A stretch of 64,000 nucleotides of DNA from an uncultured Flavobacteriaceae bacterium (GCA_963712085.1 CAVQGP010000001.1:683121-747120), one strand, 5' to 3'; positions 42,701 through 52,861 are shown, counted from the first letter of the stretch. A program made the numbers and translations. Notes: generated by a model from the sequence alone, not told the origin.

Positions 42701-43544
42701 AACCATAAATTCTTGGAGTGTGGAAATTTGTGGTATTCCGCAGGTGAGTACAGACGATGATGGCGATGGTGTAACCAATGATGTTGATCTATGTCCAGAA
42801 ACAGTTTTTGGAAATAGTGTTGATACTTTAGGGTGTTTTAAATTTCCTGAAAATAATTTTGAAATTGAAGCTATCGGAGAAACTTGTCCGAATAAATCTA
42901 ATGGAGAGATTAAGATTTCAGCTAATAAAACCTATAACTATTCCACAACCATTAATGGTACAGTTTATAATTTTACGAATAACCAAACCATTACAGGCCT
43001 TTCATCTGGAACTTACAATTTTTGTATTGGTGTTTTTGTTGCAGATGAAAATAAAACATTCGAACAATGTTTTTCAGTAGTTGTTGAAGAAGGAATAATT
43101 GTTAGTGGAAAATCAACTATTATAGACAACAAAGTTACAATTGATATTACACAGGGAACGGCACCATTTGATGTTTTAATTAACGGAATCTTGGTTTTGG
43201 AAACATCGGCTACTTCTTTTTCATTGGATGTAAATCATGGAGATTTGGTACAAGTAAAAACCAATGTTGATTGTGAAGGTGTTTTTTCAAAAGAAATTGA
43301 TTTACTAAAATCAATAATAGCCTATCCTAATCCAACCTCAGGAATTTTTGAAATCACGGTTCCAACAGGTCAAAAAGAAGTTAAAATTGAAATTTATGGA
43401 ATGCTTTCTCAGTTAATTTCTTCAAAAATTCACCCTATTTTAAATGGAAAAGTTGAATTAAATATTGAAAATAATTCAGCAGGAATTTATATTGCAAAAA
43501 TTTATTTAGAGAAACCTGTAGCATTAAAAATAGTGAAGAATTAA
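39705..43544 (+). CDS. T9SS-secreted reprolysin-like (M12B) zinc metalloprotease
   Basis: HEMGHQFGANH, Met-turn TIMAY, FN3-like and proprotein-convertase P domains, TSP3-like DDDGDGV..DLCP, CTD YPNP..GIYIAKI..KIVKN. Confidence 0.9.
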   Translation: MKNQFDRYFILAIFMFLMVISVSAQISDKFWQKKVISEVDGINKIERRTTPKEFSVYNLNVSLLKQELQNTPKNKSKLAKSNTVLSFPTASGNFEKYEVFESSIFDESLQEKYPDIKSYIGKSVENPETIIRFSLSKFGLHALILQSNNGAVYIDPFTSNKESYIVYSKKDLPSIASFECEVEELKVVSKESISSSAAKSENANDGKLRTFRLAIATTGEYSQFQLIYNGISANATEAFKKEVVLSAINATMTRVNAIFERDVSLTMKLVANNTNIIFLDPNTDGFTNDDGNVLINESQAVIDANIGFSNYDIGHTFSTGGGGLATLRSPCTASKAKGITGSSYPIGDAYDIDFVAHEMGHQFGANHTFNSDEGSCADGNRNDATAIEPGSGSTIMAYAGLCSPENVQSQSDDYFHLVSIREMWANITSGFSTCAVSTNTGNAAPIVNSLISYSLPISTPFVLNAEATDSNGDMLTYTWEQLDKEIALAPPVSTAVGGPAFRSVAPSTSSMRYFPNQATVIAGQILNTWEVLPSVARTMKFGVNVRDNNVNGGQTASQETTLTFVSTAGPFKITSQSASASWNSEETKTIIWDVANTNTAPINCANVNILLSTDGGYTFPITLASNVPNNGTANITVPNVTTSMGRVKVQSANNIFYDINDANITVQAKEFKMNFATDIANICKPTNAVYNFTYNTFLGFNEVTTFSATGNPAGTSVTFNPANATTNNTNVEVTVSGLGSVAAGNYTFNVVGTSATTSIVRNETLTLAVFDAAIASPVLTSPVNNTVEFKKPYTLNWLADVNAVSYQIQIATNVGFTNIVEQSTNVSTNTFSPQLLAVNTQYYWRVQSVNNCGTSSYSTVFNFTTADEICEVNNSTDIPKNIPDNSSIGISSIINITNNKLITDVNVRVNISHPYIQDLSLSLISPSGITILLSVENGGSGNNYTNTIFDDSAVTSISDGLPPFTGTYKPQMPLSYLNNSNAQGTWTLKVVDSGEADTGTINSWSVEICGIPQVSTDDDGDGVTNDVDLCPETVFGNSVDTLGCFKFPENNFEIEAIGETCPNKSNGEIKISANKTYNYSTTINGTVYNFTNNQTITGLSSGTYNFCIGVFVADENKTFEQCFSVVVEEGIIVSGKSTIIDNKVTIDITQGTAPFDVLINGILVLETSATSFSLDVNHGDLVQVKTNVDCEGVFSKEIDLLKSIIAYPNPTSGIFEITVPTGQKEVKIEIYGMLSQLISSKIHPILNGKVELNIENNSAGIYIAKIYLEKPVALKIVKN

Positions 43545-43578
43545 AAAGGTTGGATCAATATTCCTTTTTATATTTAAC

Positions 43579-43609
43579 AAAAAAACCTCGCTAATTGCGA
43601 GGTTTTTTT
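43579..43609. terminator. Bidirectional intrinsic terminator
   Basis: AAAAAAACCTCGC-taatt-GCGAGGTTTTTTT between convergent genes. Confidence 0.9.
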
Positions 43610-43634
43610 CATCTGAATTTCAATTTTTAATTTC

Positions 43635-46364
43635 TTAAAAATTAAATCTTATAGAAGCATTGAAAGTTCTACCCCATCCAAAGTAAACTCTGTTGGCAGT
43701 ATCAATACCTTTCCATGTTTTATCACCTGGATCAGCAAAAGTGTTTGTGTCAGATTCAGAAATGTATAACTCATCAAATAAGTTATTAACATTTGCACTA
43801 AAAACTAAATTATTTCGACCTCCTAAATCCCATTTATATGAAGCTCTTAAATCAAATAAATCATAAGAAGGTAAATTAAGAGAACCTTTGTTGTCTTCTT
43901 TTGTAAAATCTGTAGCATTGATATAGCTATACAAATCGTTTGCAGCTCTCCAGTTGAAACCAACTTTAAATCCTTTTAAGAAAGAATAATCAGCTCCTAA
44001 TGCAAAAGTGGTTTGTGCGGCATCTCCAACTTTTACACCATCTAGAAATAAAGTTGAGCTACCTTGGTACTCTTGACTTTCATTGTAAAGGTCAGCATTT
44101 GCATTTCCATCATATTCCCAATTACCAATAGACATCATTCCATTAAAAGATAAATTATCTAATAATCTATATACAAAATCTAATTCAAAACCAGAGTGAA
44201 CTTCTTTTATACCAGTATAATTAGCTGATCCTCTAAATCCATTATCTAATGTAACACTTCTTGACATAAATCTATCCTCCCATGAAGTTCTGTATATATT
44301 CGCATTTGCAGTTAATTTTGCACTTCTAAATCCGTATCCAAATTCTAAACCAATAATTTTTTCATTTGTTAAATCTGGATTTAAAGTATTACTAAAGTTG
44401 ATATAAACCGCATCAAAATTAGGTTGTTTAGAATAATAACCAGAATTGAAAAATACGTTGTGTTTTTCATTAAAATTGTAGTTTAACCCACCTTTAATAT
44501 TACCCCCAGCAATATTTTCATTTCCAGATTTTTGATTTTCTGGAGTTTCATTGAAATATTCAACACGTTCAAATCCTTGATTAGAATATGAACCTTGTAC
44601 AAATGCTGAAAGTGATTCGCTAGTATATTCTATTTGACCAAAAAGACCAGCCCAATTTACAAGTCCGTCATTGTAATAATCAATTTTTTGTTGGCTGTCA
44701 ATTGCGTCCCAAGGATTCCAGCTTGCTTTTGCTTCAACAAATTGATTTGGTTCAATTACGTGATTTGGATTGTTAATATCATCATAATCAATATAGGCGT
44801 CAGCACCTAAAACATCATTAACAACACGGTAGTGAATTCCTTTGTAAGTTCTTAAATCTGCACCTACATCAAAATTCCAGTTATCGTTAATTTCATGATT
44901 GAAGTTAATAACAGTACCGTACCAGTTATGTGAATTCATAGAGGCTCTTCTTGAAATACCATTGTCAGAACCATTTCCACCACCACCAGTTGGATGACCA
45001 CTATTACCAGTGTTGTAGAAACCGCCATCAAAAGTTGTTCTGTTTACACCAAAAGCAGGAACGCTTTGACCAGAGTTCCAAGCTACAATATCATCGAAAG
45101 GAAGTAGACCATCTGCTGTTTTTGGTAAAGCAAAACTTCTTTTGTTGTTAATCTCACCAATTTCTCCCGTACCACCACCACGGCCCCATGAACCGTAAAG
45201 TACTGTTGACAATCTTGAAGCGTCAGATATTACCCATTCCCAGTTTAATGACATTACAGGTTTATGATAAAAATTTCTCACCATACTAAATTCCTCACCG
45301 TCTAAATAACCCCAATCGCTATTGTATTTTCTGTTTGGAGTAGTAGCTGAAGCGTCTGGACCATCTTCCTGGTATTTTTGATGATCAGCAATTGAAGGTG
45401 CAAAGCTTTTTTGGTGATGCCATTGTGGAGCACCTGTAAAAATAAATTGTAAATCGTGTTTGTCATTTATTTTGTATCCTAAACCAATAAAATAATTTGA
45501 ACCAGCAAATTTAGTACCATCTACATAACCGTCTCCAGATGTAGTACTTAATAATATACTAGCTGAAAAACCGCTATCTAATAAACCAGTGTTATAAGAT
45601 CCTAAAAATTTCATGTAACCATCATTACCAAAAGTTGAAGCTAAAGTTCCACCTTCACGAGCAGATGAAGTTTTTGTAACTACATTTATTGTACCACCTA
45701 CAGAAGAGATTGCTAATTTTGAAGAACCTAAACCTCTTTGCACTTGCATGGTTGTTGTAACGTCTGATAAACCAGCCCAGTTTGACCAATAAACCCAACC
45801 ATTTTCCATATCGTTTACTGGTTGACCGTTAATCATTACAGCAGTATTTGCTTGATCGAAACCTCGAATATTAATACGTGAATCCCCAAAACCACCACCT
45901 TGTTTTGTAGCGTAAACCGAAGGAGTTGTTGCTAAAATCTCTGGAAGTTCTTGAGTTCCTAAAGTTGCAATAATGTCAGCGGCTTTAATTGTTGAAACTG
46001 CAACAGGCGTTTGTCTATCTTTTGCAATATCAATTGTACCTGTAATTACAATTTCTTGTAAAGCCTCTGAAGAAGGATCTAAAACAATAGAACCAAAATT
46101 ACTTGAACTTTCAAAAGAAATTGATTTTGAGTAATACCCAATAAATGAAACAACAAGTGTTCCTTTACTAATAGAAGAATCGAAAGTGAAGTTTCCATCA
46201 AAATCTGTGGTAGCTCCAATTTTTGAACCTTTAATAATAACCGATGCCCCTGGCAATGGTTGATTAATGTCATCTACTACTTTCCCTGAAAGTGTAGTTT
46301 GAGAAAAAACAGTAACAGATGTGATTAACATAATTACCGTTAGCCAATTTTTAATTTTTTTCAT
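43635..46364 (-). CDS. TonB-dependent receptor
   Basis: Signal peptide, CarboxypepD-like domain (PLPGASV..TTDFDG), plug (IRGF, GGTINVVT), C-terminal F. Confidence 0.92.
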   Translation of the reverse strand: MKKIKNWLTVIMLITSVTVFSQTTLSGKVVDDINQPLPGASVIIKGSKIGATTDFDGNFTFDSSISKGTLVVSFIGYYSKSISFESSSNFGSIVLDPSSEALQEIVITGTIDIAKDRQTPVAVSTIKAADIIATLGTQELPEILATTPSVYATKQGGGFGDSRINIRGFDQANTAVMINGQPVNDMENGWVYWSNWAGLSDVTTTMQVQRGLGSSKLAISSVGGTINVVTKTSSAREGGTLASTFGNDGYMKFLGSYNTGLLDSGFSASILLSTTSGDGYVDGTKFAGSNYFIGLGYKINDKHDLQFIFTGAPQWHHQKSFAPSIADHQKYQEDGPDASATTPNRKYNSDWGYLDGEEFSMVRNFYHKPVMSLNWEWVISDASRLSTVLYGSWGRGGGTGEIGEINNKRSFALPKTADGLLPFDDIVAWNSGQSVPAFGVNRTTFDGGFYNTGNSGHPTGGGGNGSDNGISRRASMNSHNWYGTVINFNHEINDNWNFDVGADLRTYKGIHYRVVNDVLGADAYIDYDDINNPNHVIEPNQFVEAKASWNPWDAIDSQQKIDYYNDGLVNWAGLFGQIEYTSESLSAFVQGSYSNQGFERVEYFNETPENQKSGNENIAGGNIKGGLNYNFNEKHNVFFNSGYYSKQPNFDAVYINFSNTLNPDLTNEKIIGLEFGYGFRSAKLTANANIYRTSWEDRFMSRSVTLDNGFRGSANYTGIKEVHSGFELDFVYRLLDNLSFNGMMSIGNWEYDGNANADLYNESQEYQGSSTLFLDGVKVGDAAQTTFALGADYSFLKGFKVGFNWRAANDLYSYINATDFTKEDNKGSLNLPSYDLFDLRASYKWDLGGRNNLVFSANVNNLFDELYISESDTNTFADPGDKTWKGIDTANRVYFGWGRTFNASIRFNF

Positions 46365-46425
46365 TTGTTAATTTGAGTTTGAATTAAATGTTGTACAAAA
46401 ATGGTACCTTTTACCAGTTCAGCCA

Positions 46426-46480
46426 TTAACGAATTGTTAAATTTTAACAAATAGATGTTAAAACATGTTAATTTTTAACA
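46426..46480. promoter_or_regulatory. Array of TGTTAA/TTAACA half-sites upstream of the TBDR
   Basis: TGTTAA-N3-TTAACA at 46435..46449 and 46466..46480, plus TGTTAA at 46456. Confidence 0.55.
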
Positions 46481-46609
46481 AAAAATTAAGACAACCAAAA
46501 ATAATAAAATCTACCCTAATAAATTGAAATATAATTATCTTATATATACAGTTTATTAACAGTAGATGTTATTAACTTTAAATAGTTGCTTTTTTTGGGC
46601 TTTTTTTTC

Positions 46610-48172
46610 TTATTTTAAAAGGTTTTTTTGAGCCAATTCTTTACCTAACTCAACCCCAAATTGATCGTAACTAAAAATATTCCAAATAATTCCTTGAATA
46701 AATATTTTATGTTCGTAAAAAGCAATTAAGCTTCCTAATGTTTTTGGAGTTAGTTTTTCAATTAAAATTGCTGTACTTGGTTTGTTTCCTTCAAAAACTT
46801 TATATGGTAAAAGGGTTTCAATTTCATCCATTTTACCTTGAGTTTTTAGGTCTAAATGTACTTCCTCTTTGGTTTTTCCTTCAGCTAGGGCCTGAGTTTG
46901 ACCAAAAAAGTTTGCCATTAATTTTTCATGATGATCTTTATCACCATATAGTGATTGTTTAAAACCAATAAAATCGGCAGGAATCAGTTTGGTTCCCTGG
47001 TGAAGTAATTGCATAAAAGCATGCTGAGAGTTTGAGCCTGGTGCTCCCCAAATAATGTTACCAGTTTGGTAGTTTACTCGGTTGCCATTTCTGTCAACAC
47101 TTTTACCGTTACTTTCCATAATGGCTTGTTGTAAATAAGGTGCTAACTTACTTAAGTATTGAGAATATGGTAAAATTACTTCGCTTTCAGCATTAAAAAA
47201 GTTGTTATACCATATACCAATTAGGCTTAAAACTACTGGAGCATTTTTTTCAAAAGGGGTGTTTTTAAAATGTTCATCCATTTCAAAAGCACCAATTAAT
47301 AAATCGTTAAAGTTTTTAAATCCAACGGCTAAACTAATTGAAAGCCCCACTGCACTCCATAGGGAAAATCGTCCTCCAACCCAATCCCACATTGGGAAAA
47401 TATTGTCTGATGCAATTCCAAATTCACGTACAGTTTTTAGATTTGTAGAAACAGCTACAAAATGTTTGGCTACATCACTTTCTGAAGCAGATTTTAAAAA
47501 CCATTTTTTGATGGTAGTTGCATTGGTAAGTGTTTCTTGCGTTGTAAATGTTTTAGATACAATCACAAATAAAGTTGTTTCTGGGTTTAAATTTTTGATG
47601 ACTTCCTGAACGTGGTCACCATCAATATTTGAAACAAAATGTACATTTAAATGATTTTTATAAAACTTTAAAGATTCAACCACCATATCTGGTCCTAAAT
47701 CTGAACCACCAATACCAATATTTACGATATCGGTAATGGACTTGTTGGTATATCCTTTCCAGTTGCCCGAAACTACTTTGTTTGTGAAAACTTCAATTTT
47801 ACTTAGTGCCTCTTTAACACTTGGCATAATATTTTCGCCATCAACAAAAATTTCATTGTTTAATTGATTTCTTAAAGCTGTGTGTAAAACGGCTCTTTTT
47901 TCAGTCTGATTTATTTTTTCTCCTGAGAAATAGGAATCCATAGCATTTTTTAAGTCTACTTCATTTGCCAGCTCCAATAGTAAATCTAAAGTTTCTTGAT
48001 TGATTCTGTTTTTAGAAAAATCGAATTCAAAATCATTAAAATTTAATGTAAAATCATTTTTCCGATTGCTGTTTTCATTAAAAAGTGATTTTAGATGTAT
48101 GTTTTTAATGCTATTATAATGGTTGGTAAGTTTTTGCCAAGCTTTTGTTTCAGTTGGATTTATATTTTTCAT
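46610..48172 (-). CDS. pgi: Glucose-6-phosphate isomerase
   Basis: [32 protein letters not shown]. Confidence 0.96.
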   Translation of the reverse strand: MKNINPTETKAWQKLTNHYNSIKNIHLKSLFNENSNRKNDFTLNFNDFEFDFSKNRINQETLDLLLELANEVDLKNAMDSYFSGEKINQTEKRAVLHTALRNQLNNEIFVDGENIMPSVKEALSKIEVFTNKVVSGNWKGYTNKSITDIVNIGIGGSDLGPDMVVESLKFYKNHLNVHFVSNIDGDHVQEVIKNLNPETTLFVIVSKTFTTQETLTNATTIKKWFLKSASESDVAKHFVAVSTNLKTVREFGIASDNIFPMWDWVGGRFSLWSAVGLSISLAVGFKNFNDLLIGAFEMDEHFKNTPFEKNAPVVLSLIGIWYNNFFNAESEVILPYSQYLSKLAPYLQQAIMESNGKSVDRNGNRVNYQTGNIIWGAPGSNSQHAFMQLLHQGTKLIPADFIGFKQSLYGDKDHHEKLMANFFGQTQALAEGKTKEEVHLDLKTQGKMDEIETLLPYKVFEGNKPSTAILIEKLTPKTLGSLIAFYEHKIFIQGIIWNIFSYDQFGVELGKELAQKNLLK

Positions 48173-48195
48173 ATTGATAATTATTAGTGTTCTAA

Positions 48196-49419
48196 TTATT
48201 TAGTATATGTTATTTTTTCTAATTTTATTTTTAAAGGTTCTATATAATTTAAATAGGTTGGTTTAATATTTTCCTTCAGCGGTTCAGATGCCGGTAGTTT
48301 TTCTTTTAAAGGATCAACTTGGACTCCGTTTTTCCAAAAACGATAACATACATGCGGTCCTGATGTATTTCCGGTCATCCCTATATAACCTATCACATCT
48401 CCTTGTTTTACAAACTGTCCAACCTTAACTGCTCTTTTACTCATGTGTAAATATTGTGTTGTATAGGTACCATTGTGACGAACTTTTACATAATTACCAT
48501 TGGCTCCTTTATATTGAGATTCAATTACAGTTCCGTTTGCAGTTGACATAATTGGAGTTCCAACTGGTGCTGCGTAATCTGTTCCTTTATGAGGCTTTAC
48601 TTTATTTCCATAAAATGCAATCCTTCTATTTAGATTATAGCGAGATGATATTCTACTAAATTGTACTGGCATTTTTAAAAACTGGCGACGTAAAGTATTT
48701 CCAAGATCATCATAATAGTCGTGTTTGCCGTTAATTGAATCGGCTAAAAATTTAAAACCATAAAAATCTTTTCCACCATGTTCAAAATAAGCAGCTTTTA
48801 TTTCTCCGATACCAACAGGAATTGAATCATTTATATACAATTGTTCGTAAATTATTTTGAATTTATCTTCTTTTTGAAGTTTAGAAAAGTCAATTGTCCA
48901 GGCAAAAATATTATCAGCCATTGTATAGGTTAAATATGGGCTTAAACCTTGCTTTTCAACAGCTTCAGATAGGTTGCTTTTAATTACCCCAGAAGCTGTT
49001 TTGGTGACTTTTTTTACGGGAATTTCTGCATTATATGCAAATATGGAATCTTGAAAATCAATTACAGAATAACGAACCAATGAGTGTTTGTAAATAAAAA
49101 CCTGGGCTTGCTCTGTTGAATCTTTTTTAGCTAAAATAGTATAGGGAATACCACCCTTTATTTTTCTAACATTAAATGTATCTCTAATTTTATTTGCAAT
49201 TTCTAAAACTTTAGCATAATCGACATGATGTTTACCTAAAATTTCGCTAAAGTTTTCATTTTTCCTTATGGTATCATGAATTACCATATAATCATTTAAT
49301 TTATACCCGTATTTATAAATTATTTCAGGCTCAACAAAATCTGTATTTTCTTCAGATTTTTTTTTATCGCCACAAGATGCAACTAAAACAATAACAAAGA
49401 GGAGAATAATTTTTTTCAA
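48196..49419 (-). CDS. M23 DD-endopeptidase lipoprotein (MepM-like)
   Basis: Lipobox VASC; HKGTD, YLHMS, SGPHVCY. Confidence 0.9.
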   Translation of the reverse strand: MKKIILLFVIVLVASCGDKKKSEENTDFVEPEIIYKYGYKLNDYMVIHDTIRKNENFSEILGKHHVDYAKVLEIANKIRDTFNVRKIKGGIPYTILAKKDSTEQAQVFIYKHSLVRYSVIDFQDSIFAYNAEIPVKKVTKTASGVIKSNLSEAVEKQGLSPYLTYTMADNIFAWTIDFSKLQKEDKFKIIYEQLYINDSIPVGIGEIKAAYFEHGGKDFYGFKFLADSINGKHDYYDDLGNTLRRQFLKMPVQFSRISSRYNLNRRIAFYGNKVKPHKGTDYAAPVGTPIMSTANGTVIESQYKGANGNYVKVRHNGTYTTQYLHMSKRAVKVGQFVKQGDVIGYIGMTGNTSGPHVCYRFWKNGVQVDPLKEKLPASEPLKENIKPTYLNYIEPLKIKLEKITYTK

Positions 49420-49474
49420 CAGATTAGAGGTTTACGAGTTAATAGGGTAAAAATTTAAAATGCGAAAATACAAT

Positions 49475-50275
49475 TTAATTGTTAAAAATAATGTTAAAAG
49501 GATGTGCCAATCCTTTAAATTCGTCTAAATCTGCTCGAAGTGACCCAACGGCTAAAGAGGCTTTGATGCGAAGTGGAATTTTATTTTTATCGGCACTTAC
49601 CCAAATTGTTACACTTTCCTTTTCTTTGAATACACGGCCAGACTGTACCATTGGTTTGAATATCAATGAATTTACATTCCCAAATTTAGTTTTTATAACC
49701 TCTGTCCCCAGATATAATAGTTTAAATACATAAGTTTCTTCATCAAAAAAAAGTTTCATTTCAATCTCTTCATTGGGTGTTAATTTACTTAAATCCTGAT
49801 TTCTTAAATAGTACAACGCTGAAAGCATATCATGGACGTCATTACCAATTGGATAGGATTTTTCTGTATTTTTTTTGAAATCTTTTACAGTGGCTAAATT
49901 TTGGTCATGGTTAAATAAAATTTCTTTGTCTTTTGTATAACCACCTTCATTAATTTTTCGAATAAAGCGATAAGGCTTTAAGGACTCTTTAGAAAAATAA
50001 GTTTGGTAATCATCCTCAACTTTAAAAAACCAACTAATCACGCCTGTAGTTTTTCCAACCCCTTTTACATGGAAAGCATCGATTCCATTCTTTTTTGAAT
50101 CTTTAATGTCTATGGAAGCAAAACCAGCACTTAAAAAATTACTGTAACTAATTCGGAATTTCAGAGATTCACCTTTTTGAAACGCCAATTTTGAAGGGGA
50201 ATATTTATTATTGGCCGATTGCCCAAATAAGGCAATAGAGCAAAGAAGAAACAATATCAATATTTTTTTATGCAT
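49475..50275 (-). CDS. DUF3108 family exported protein
   Basis: Signal peptide, GESLKFRISY, FFKVEDDY, GRVFKEKES, NKIPLRI. Confidence 0.85.
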   Translation of the reverse strand: MHKKILILFLLCSIALFGQSANNKYSPSKLAFQKGESLKFRISYSNFLSAGFASIDIKDSKKNGIDAFHVKGVGKTTGVISWFFKVEDDYQTYFSKESLKPYRFIRKINEGGYTKDKEILFNHDQNLATVKDFKKNTEKSYPIGNDVHDMLSALYYLRNQDLSKLTPNEEIEMKLFFDEETYVFKLLYLGTEVIKTKFGNVNSLIFKPMVQSGRVFKEKESVTIWVSADKNKIPLRIKASLAVGSLRADLDEFKGLAHPFNIIFNN

Positions 50276-50304
50276 TTTTTATAAATTCATTTTTGAATAG
50301 GATT

Positions 50305-50321
50305 TACAATTATTGTTCCAA
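50305..50321 (-). promoter_or_regulatory. Candidate sigma-54 (-24/-12) promoter for DUF3108
   Basis: Minus strand reads TTGGAAC-AATAA-TTGTA versus consensus TGGCAC-N5-TTGC; lies just after the hppD terminator. Confidence 0.5.
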
Positions 50322-50328
50322 AAATAGC

Positions 50329-50356
50329 AAAAGCTTAACGAATGAAGTTAAGCTTT
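50329..50356 (-). terminator. Hairpin after hppD
   Basis: AAAGCTTAAC-gaatgaa-GTTAAGCTTT. Confidence 0.7.
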
Positions 50357-50384
50357 GTTTAAATATTTTTATTTGTTTTGAAAG

Positions 50385-51542
50385 TTATAATGTTCCTCGT
50401 CGTTCTTGTTCAGCCTCAATAGATTCAAAAAGTGCTTTAAAATTTCCTTTCCCGAATGATTGTGCCCCTTTGCGCTGAATTATCTCAAAAAACAACGTTG
50501 GCCTGTCTGAAACGGGTTTTGTAAATATTTGAAGTAAATAGCCTTCTTCATCTCTGTCAACCAAAATTCCTAAATCTTTTAATTCAATTAAATCTTCGTC
50601 AATTTCACCAACACGATCCAATACAGTGTCGTAATAAGAATTTGGAACATATAAAAATTCAACACCTCTTTTGGTCATTTCGTTAACAGTTTCCAAAATA
50701 TTATTGGTTGCAACCGCAATATGCTGAACCCCTGGACCATTGTAAAAATCTAAATACTCTTCAATTTGAGATCTTTTTATACCTTCAGCAGGTTCATTTA
50801 TTGGAAATTTTACACGACCATTTCCATTAGTCATTACTTTACTCATTAAAGCAGTGTATTGTGTTGAAATATCTTTATCGTCAAATGTAATTAAGTTGGC
50901 AAAACCCATAATTCTATCGTAAAATTCTGCCCAAACATTCATTTCATTCCAGCCAACATTTCCAACCATATGATCAATATAACGAAGCCCTACATCTGTA
51001 GGATTGTGATTGGATTCCCATTTTTCAAACTTTGGAAGAAAAACACCATTGTAATTTTTTCGTTCTACAAAAATATGAACAGTATCTCCATAAGTATGTA
51101 TTCCAGAACGCACAACTACCCCATTTTTATCGGTTTCTTTAGTAGGTGCTAAGTACGATTTTGCTCCACGTTTTGTGGTTTCTTCCCAGGCTTTTGTTGC
51201 ATCTTCAACCCAAAGTGCCACTATTTTTACCCCATCTCCATGTTTCTCTATATGTTCAAAAATTTCTTTATTTTTAATATTTGGCATTGGTGTTGTTAGT
51301 ACCAATCTAATTTTATCCTGAACCAAAACATAACTTGTTTTGTCCTTTATACCAGTTTCTAAGCCGGCATAGGCCAGAGATTGGAATCCAAATGCAGTTT
51401 TGTAATAATGGGCAGCCTGTTTTGCATTGCCAACATATAATTCAACATAATCAGTTCCTAGTAATGGTAAAAAATCTTCGGCTTCTGAAAATATTTTTTC
51501 CAATCCGTAATTAAAATTTTGTTTGTTTTTTAAATCTGACAT
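50385..51542 (-). CDS. hppD: 4-hydroxyphenylpyruvate dioxygenase
   Basis: IDHMVGN, GVQHIA, LLQIFT, FFEIIQR, FGKGNFKALFE. Confidence 0.97.
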   Translation of the reverse strand: MSDLKNKQNFNYGLEKIFSEAEDFLPLLGTDYVELYVGNAKQAAHYYKTAFGFQSLAYAGLETGIKDKTSYVLVQDKIRLVLTTPMPNIKNKEIFEHIEKHGDGVKIVALWVEDATKAWEETTKRGAKSYLAPTKETDKNGVVVRSGIHTYGDTVHIFVERKNYNGVFLPKFEKWESNHNPTDVGLRYIDHMVGNVGWNEMNVWAEFYDRIMGFANLITFDDKDISTQYTALMSKVMTNGNGRVKFPINEPAEGIKRSQIEEYLDFYNGPGVQHIAVATNNILETVNEMTKRGVEFLYVPNSYYDTVLDRVGEIDEDLIELKDLGILVDRDEEGYLLQIFTKPVSDRPTLFFEIIQRKGAQSFGKGNFKALFESIEAEQERRGTL

Positions 51543-51554
51543 TTTTAATATTTT

Positions 51555-52715
51555 TTATTTGTTTAACCAAGATTTGTAATAATCATTTACTTCCAATTTT
51601 AGAGCTTCCTCTGTAATCATTAATGGTTTAAATGGATCAATCATAACCGCTAGCTCATCGGTTGATTTTTTACCGATACTTCTTTCAATAGCGCCTGGAT
51701 GAGGTCCATGAGGAATGCCTCCAGGATGTAAGGTAATTTGCCCTTTTTCAATGTTGTTTCTACTCATAAAATCTCCGTCAACATAGTATAGCAATTCTTC
51801 TGAATCTATATTACTGTGATGATAAGGTGCCGGAATAGATTTTGGGTGATAATCGTACAATCTTGGTACAAATGAACAAACTACAAAACCAGTTGCTTCC
51901 CATGTTTGATGTACTGGAGGTGGCTGATGAATACGTCCTGTTATTGGTTCAAAATTATGAATTGAAAATGCATAAGGATAATTAAATCCGTCCCATCCAA
52001 CAACATCAAACGGGTGATTTCCGTAAATATATTCCCATAAAACACCTTGTTTTTTTATTAAAATTTTAAAGCTTCCTTTTTTATCATGAGTTTCTAAATT
52101 TTTAGGCAATTTAAAATCGCGTTCACAAAATGGGGAATGTTCCAATAATTGGCCAAAATTGTTTCTGTACCTTTTTGGTGTTAGTATTGGGCTGAATGAT
52201 TCTACATAAAGCAACCTGTTTTCCTCTGAATTAAATTGAATCTGATAAATGGTTCCTCGAGGAATAATTAAATAATCGCCATAATCAAAATCAATATTTC
52301 CGTACATGGTTTTTAATACTCCAGAACCACTATGAACAAAAAGCATTTCATCTGCGTCAGCATTTTTATAAAAATAGGTTGAGGAAAATGTTTTTGGTGC
52401 TGCCAATCCAATATGCAAATCATTGTTAACAAAAAGAGTTTTTCGACTTTCTAAATAATCTTCTTCTTGCTTTAAAGAAAATCCTTTAAAACTTAGAGCT
52501 CTCATGTTTTTTTCAATAGCAATTTTAGGAGTAACATCTCTTAATTTTTTTATTTCTGAAACTACAGTTGGTGGATATAAATGATAAATTAATGAAGACA
52601 TTCCTACAAAGCCAGCAGTTCCAAAAAGCTCCTCCTGATACAAACCTCCAGAAGGTTTTTCAAATGTTGTGTGTCGTTTAGGCGGAATTTCTCCTAATGT
52701 GTAATATCTAGGCAT
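51555..52715 (-). CDS. hmgA: Homogentisate 1,2-dioxygenase
   Basis: NADADE, PFDVVGWDG, HQPPPVH, PYHHSNIDSEE, HPGGIPHGP; adjacent to hppD. Confidence 0.93.
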   Translation of the reverse strand: MPRYYTLGEIPPKRHTTFEKPSGGLYQEELFGTAGFVGMSSLIYHLYPPTVVSEIKKLRDVTPKIAIEKNMRALSFKGFSLKQEEDYLESRKTLFVNNDLHIGLAAPKTFSSTYFYKNADADEMLFVHSGSGVLKTMYGNIDFDYGDYLIIPRGTIYQIQFNSEENRLLYVESFSPILTPKRYRNNFGQLLEHSPFCERDFKLPKNLETHDKKGSFKILIKKQGVLWEYIYGNHPFDVVGWDGFNYPYAFSIHNFEPITGRIHQPPPVHQTWEATGFVVCSFVPRLYDYHPKSIPAPYHHSNIDSEELLYYVDGDFMSRNNIEKGQITLHPGGIPHGPHPGAIERSIGKKSTDELAVMIDPFKPLMITEEALKLEVNDYYKSWLNK

Positions 52716-52735
52716 TTATTGAAATTTTTAGTTAT

Positions 52736-52805
52736 AAACTTCCCAAAAAGGGCGAAATTAGTTTTAAAAGTGTTCCAGCTTGGAGTAAAAAATAATTTTG
52801 CTGGA
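52736..52805 (-). other. Structured 5' UTR of hmgA (two hairpins)
   Basis: TCCAGC (52774-79) pairs with GCTGGA (52800-05). AAACT (52736-40) pairs with AGTTT (52760-64) around a CCC-U5-GGG hairpin. Confidence 0.5.
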
Positions 52806-52809
52806 CTTA

Positions 52810-52851
52810 TTTAAAGATACGCAATTATTAAATGCAAAATGTATCTTTAAA
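52810..52851. promoter_or_regulatory. 11-bp inverted repeat carrying a TATCTTTA (-7-like) box on each strand
   Basis: TTTAAAGATAC (52810-20) / GTATCTTTAAA (52841-51). Confidence 0.6.
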
Positions 52852-52861
52852 ATGAACAAAT

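Noticed and set aside
42750-42800. Asp-rich DDDGDGV stretch in the metalloprotease
   Set aside because: Ordinary thrombospondin type-3-like Ca-binding motif, common in T9SS cargo.
46560-46640. Pgi C-terminus shorter than many homologues, ending after an A7 run
   Set aside because: The catalytic GVELGK Lys is present and alternative frames give no convincing Pgi tail; probably a natural short form.
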